DNA from: Squalus acanthias
Taxonomy: Eukaryota
NCBI GenBank assembly: GCA_030390025.1
Contig: CM059453.1
Location: forward strand, 7,192,001 to 7,256,000
Length of the DNA stretch: 64,000 bases
Reading direction: 5' to 3'
Shown in pieces: positions 63,892 to 64,000 of the stretch. Position 1 is the stretch's first letter. The number at the start of each line of letters is the position of its first letter. The notes under the pieces are model-generated. The model ran no database searches. It had not been told where the DNA came from and saw only the letters and a program-made list of their open reading frames with translations. The position numbers and the translations under genes are program-made.

Positions 63892-64000
63892 CTTTAAACA
63901 GAAGGAAACAGACCCCAATAACATAACAGGAAGAATGTACAGACAGTCTGATTCAAACAGCCACTAATATTACTGTATATTTGATGCCGGGAGATGCGAA

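Larger units (their letters stand above)
57014..64000 (+). repeat. Segmental direct duplicate of 1-7008 (period ~56,992 bp)
   Basis: ORF pairs 3340/60331, 4264/61256, 4739/61731, 6550/63542; colinear sequence. Confidence 0.98.

Overview
Vertebrate genomic DNA, most likely from a cartilaginous fish (inferred from dense CR1 LINEs, Deu-domain SINEs and a ~69-bp satellite of the type seen in sharks). There is one reconstructable intact gene: a minus-strand Siglec/MAG-like type I membrane protein with 7 coding exons (13700->6824, about 483 aa; leader, V-set, three C2-type Ig domains, TM, short tail). Its V-set domain lacks the sialic-acid-binding Arg, and its best-supported tail has no Tyr motif. 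A paralogous pseudogene lies head-to-head on the plus strand (16072-21097); its V exon is still open while the downstream exons are broken. The window covers one ~57-kb tandem duplication period (1-7008 recurs at 57014-64000), so a second gene copy begins at the right edge. Inside that period is an older tandem duplication (37303-45283 / 45281-60740) carrying decayed tRNA-Asp copies, each preceded by an N run. The duplicated region also holds a cluster of ~0.5-0.8 kb PIF/Harbinger-type MITEs with covarying internal palindromes. Four long CR1 LINEs, several SINEs and three tandem repeats fill most of the remainder. All identities were estimated by eye; no database searches were run.
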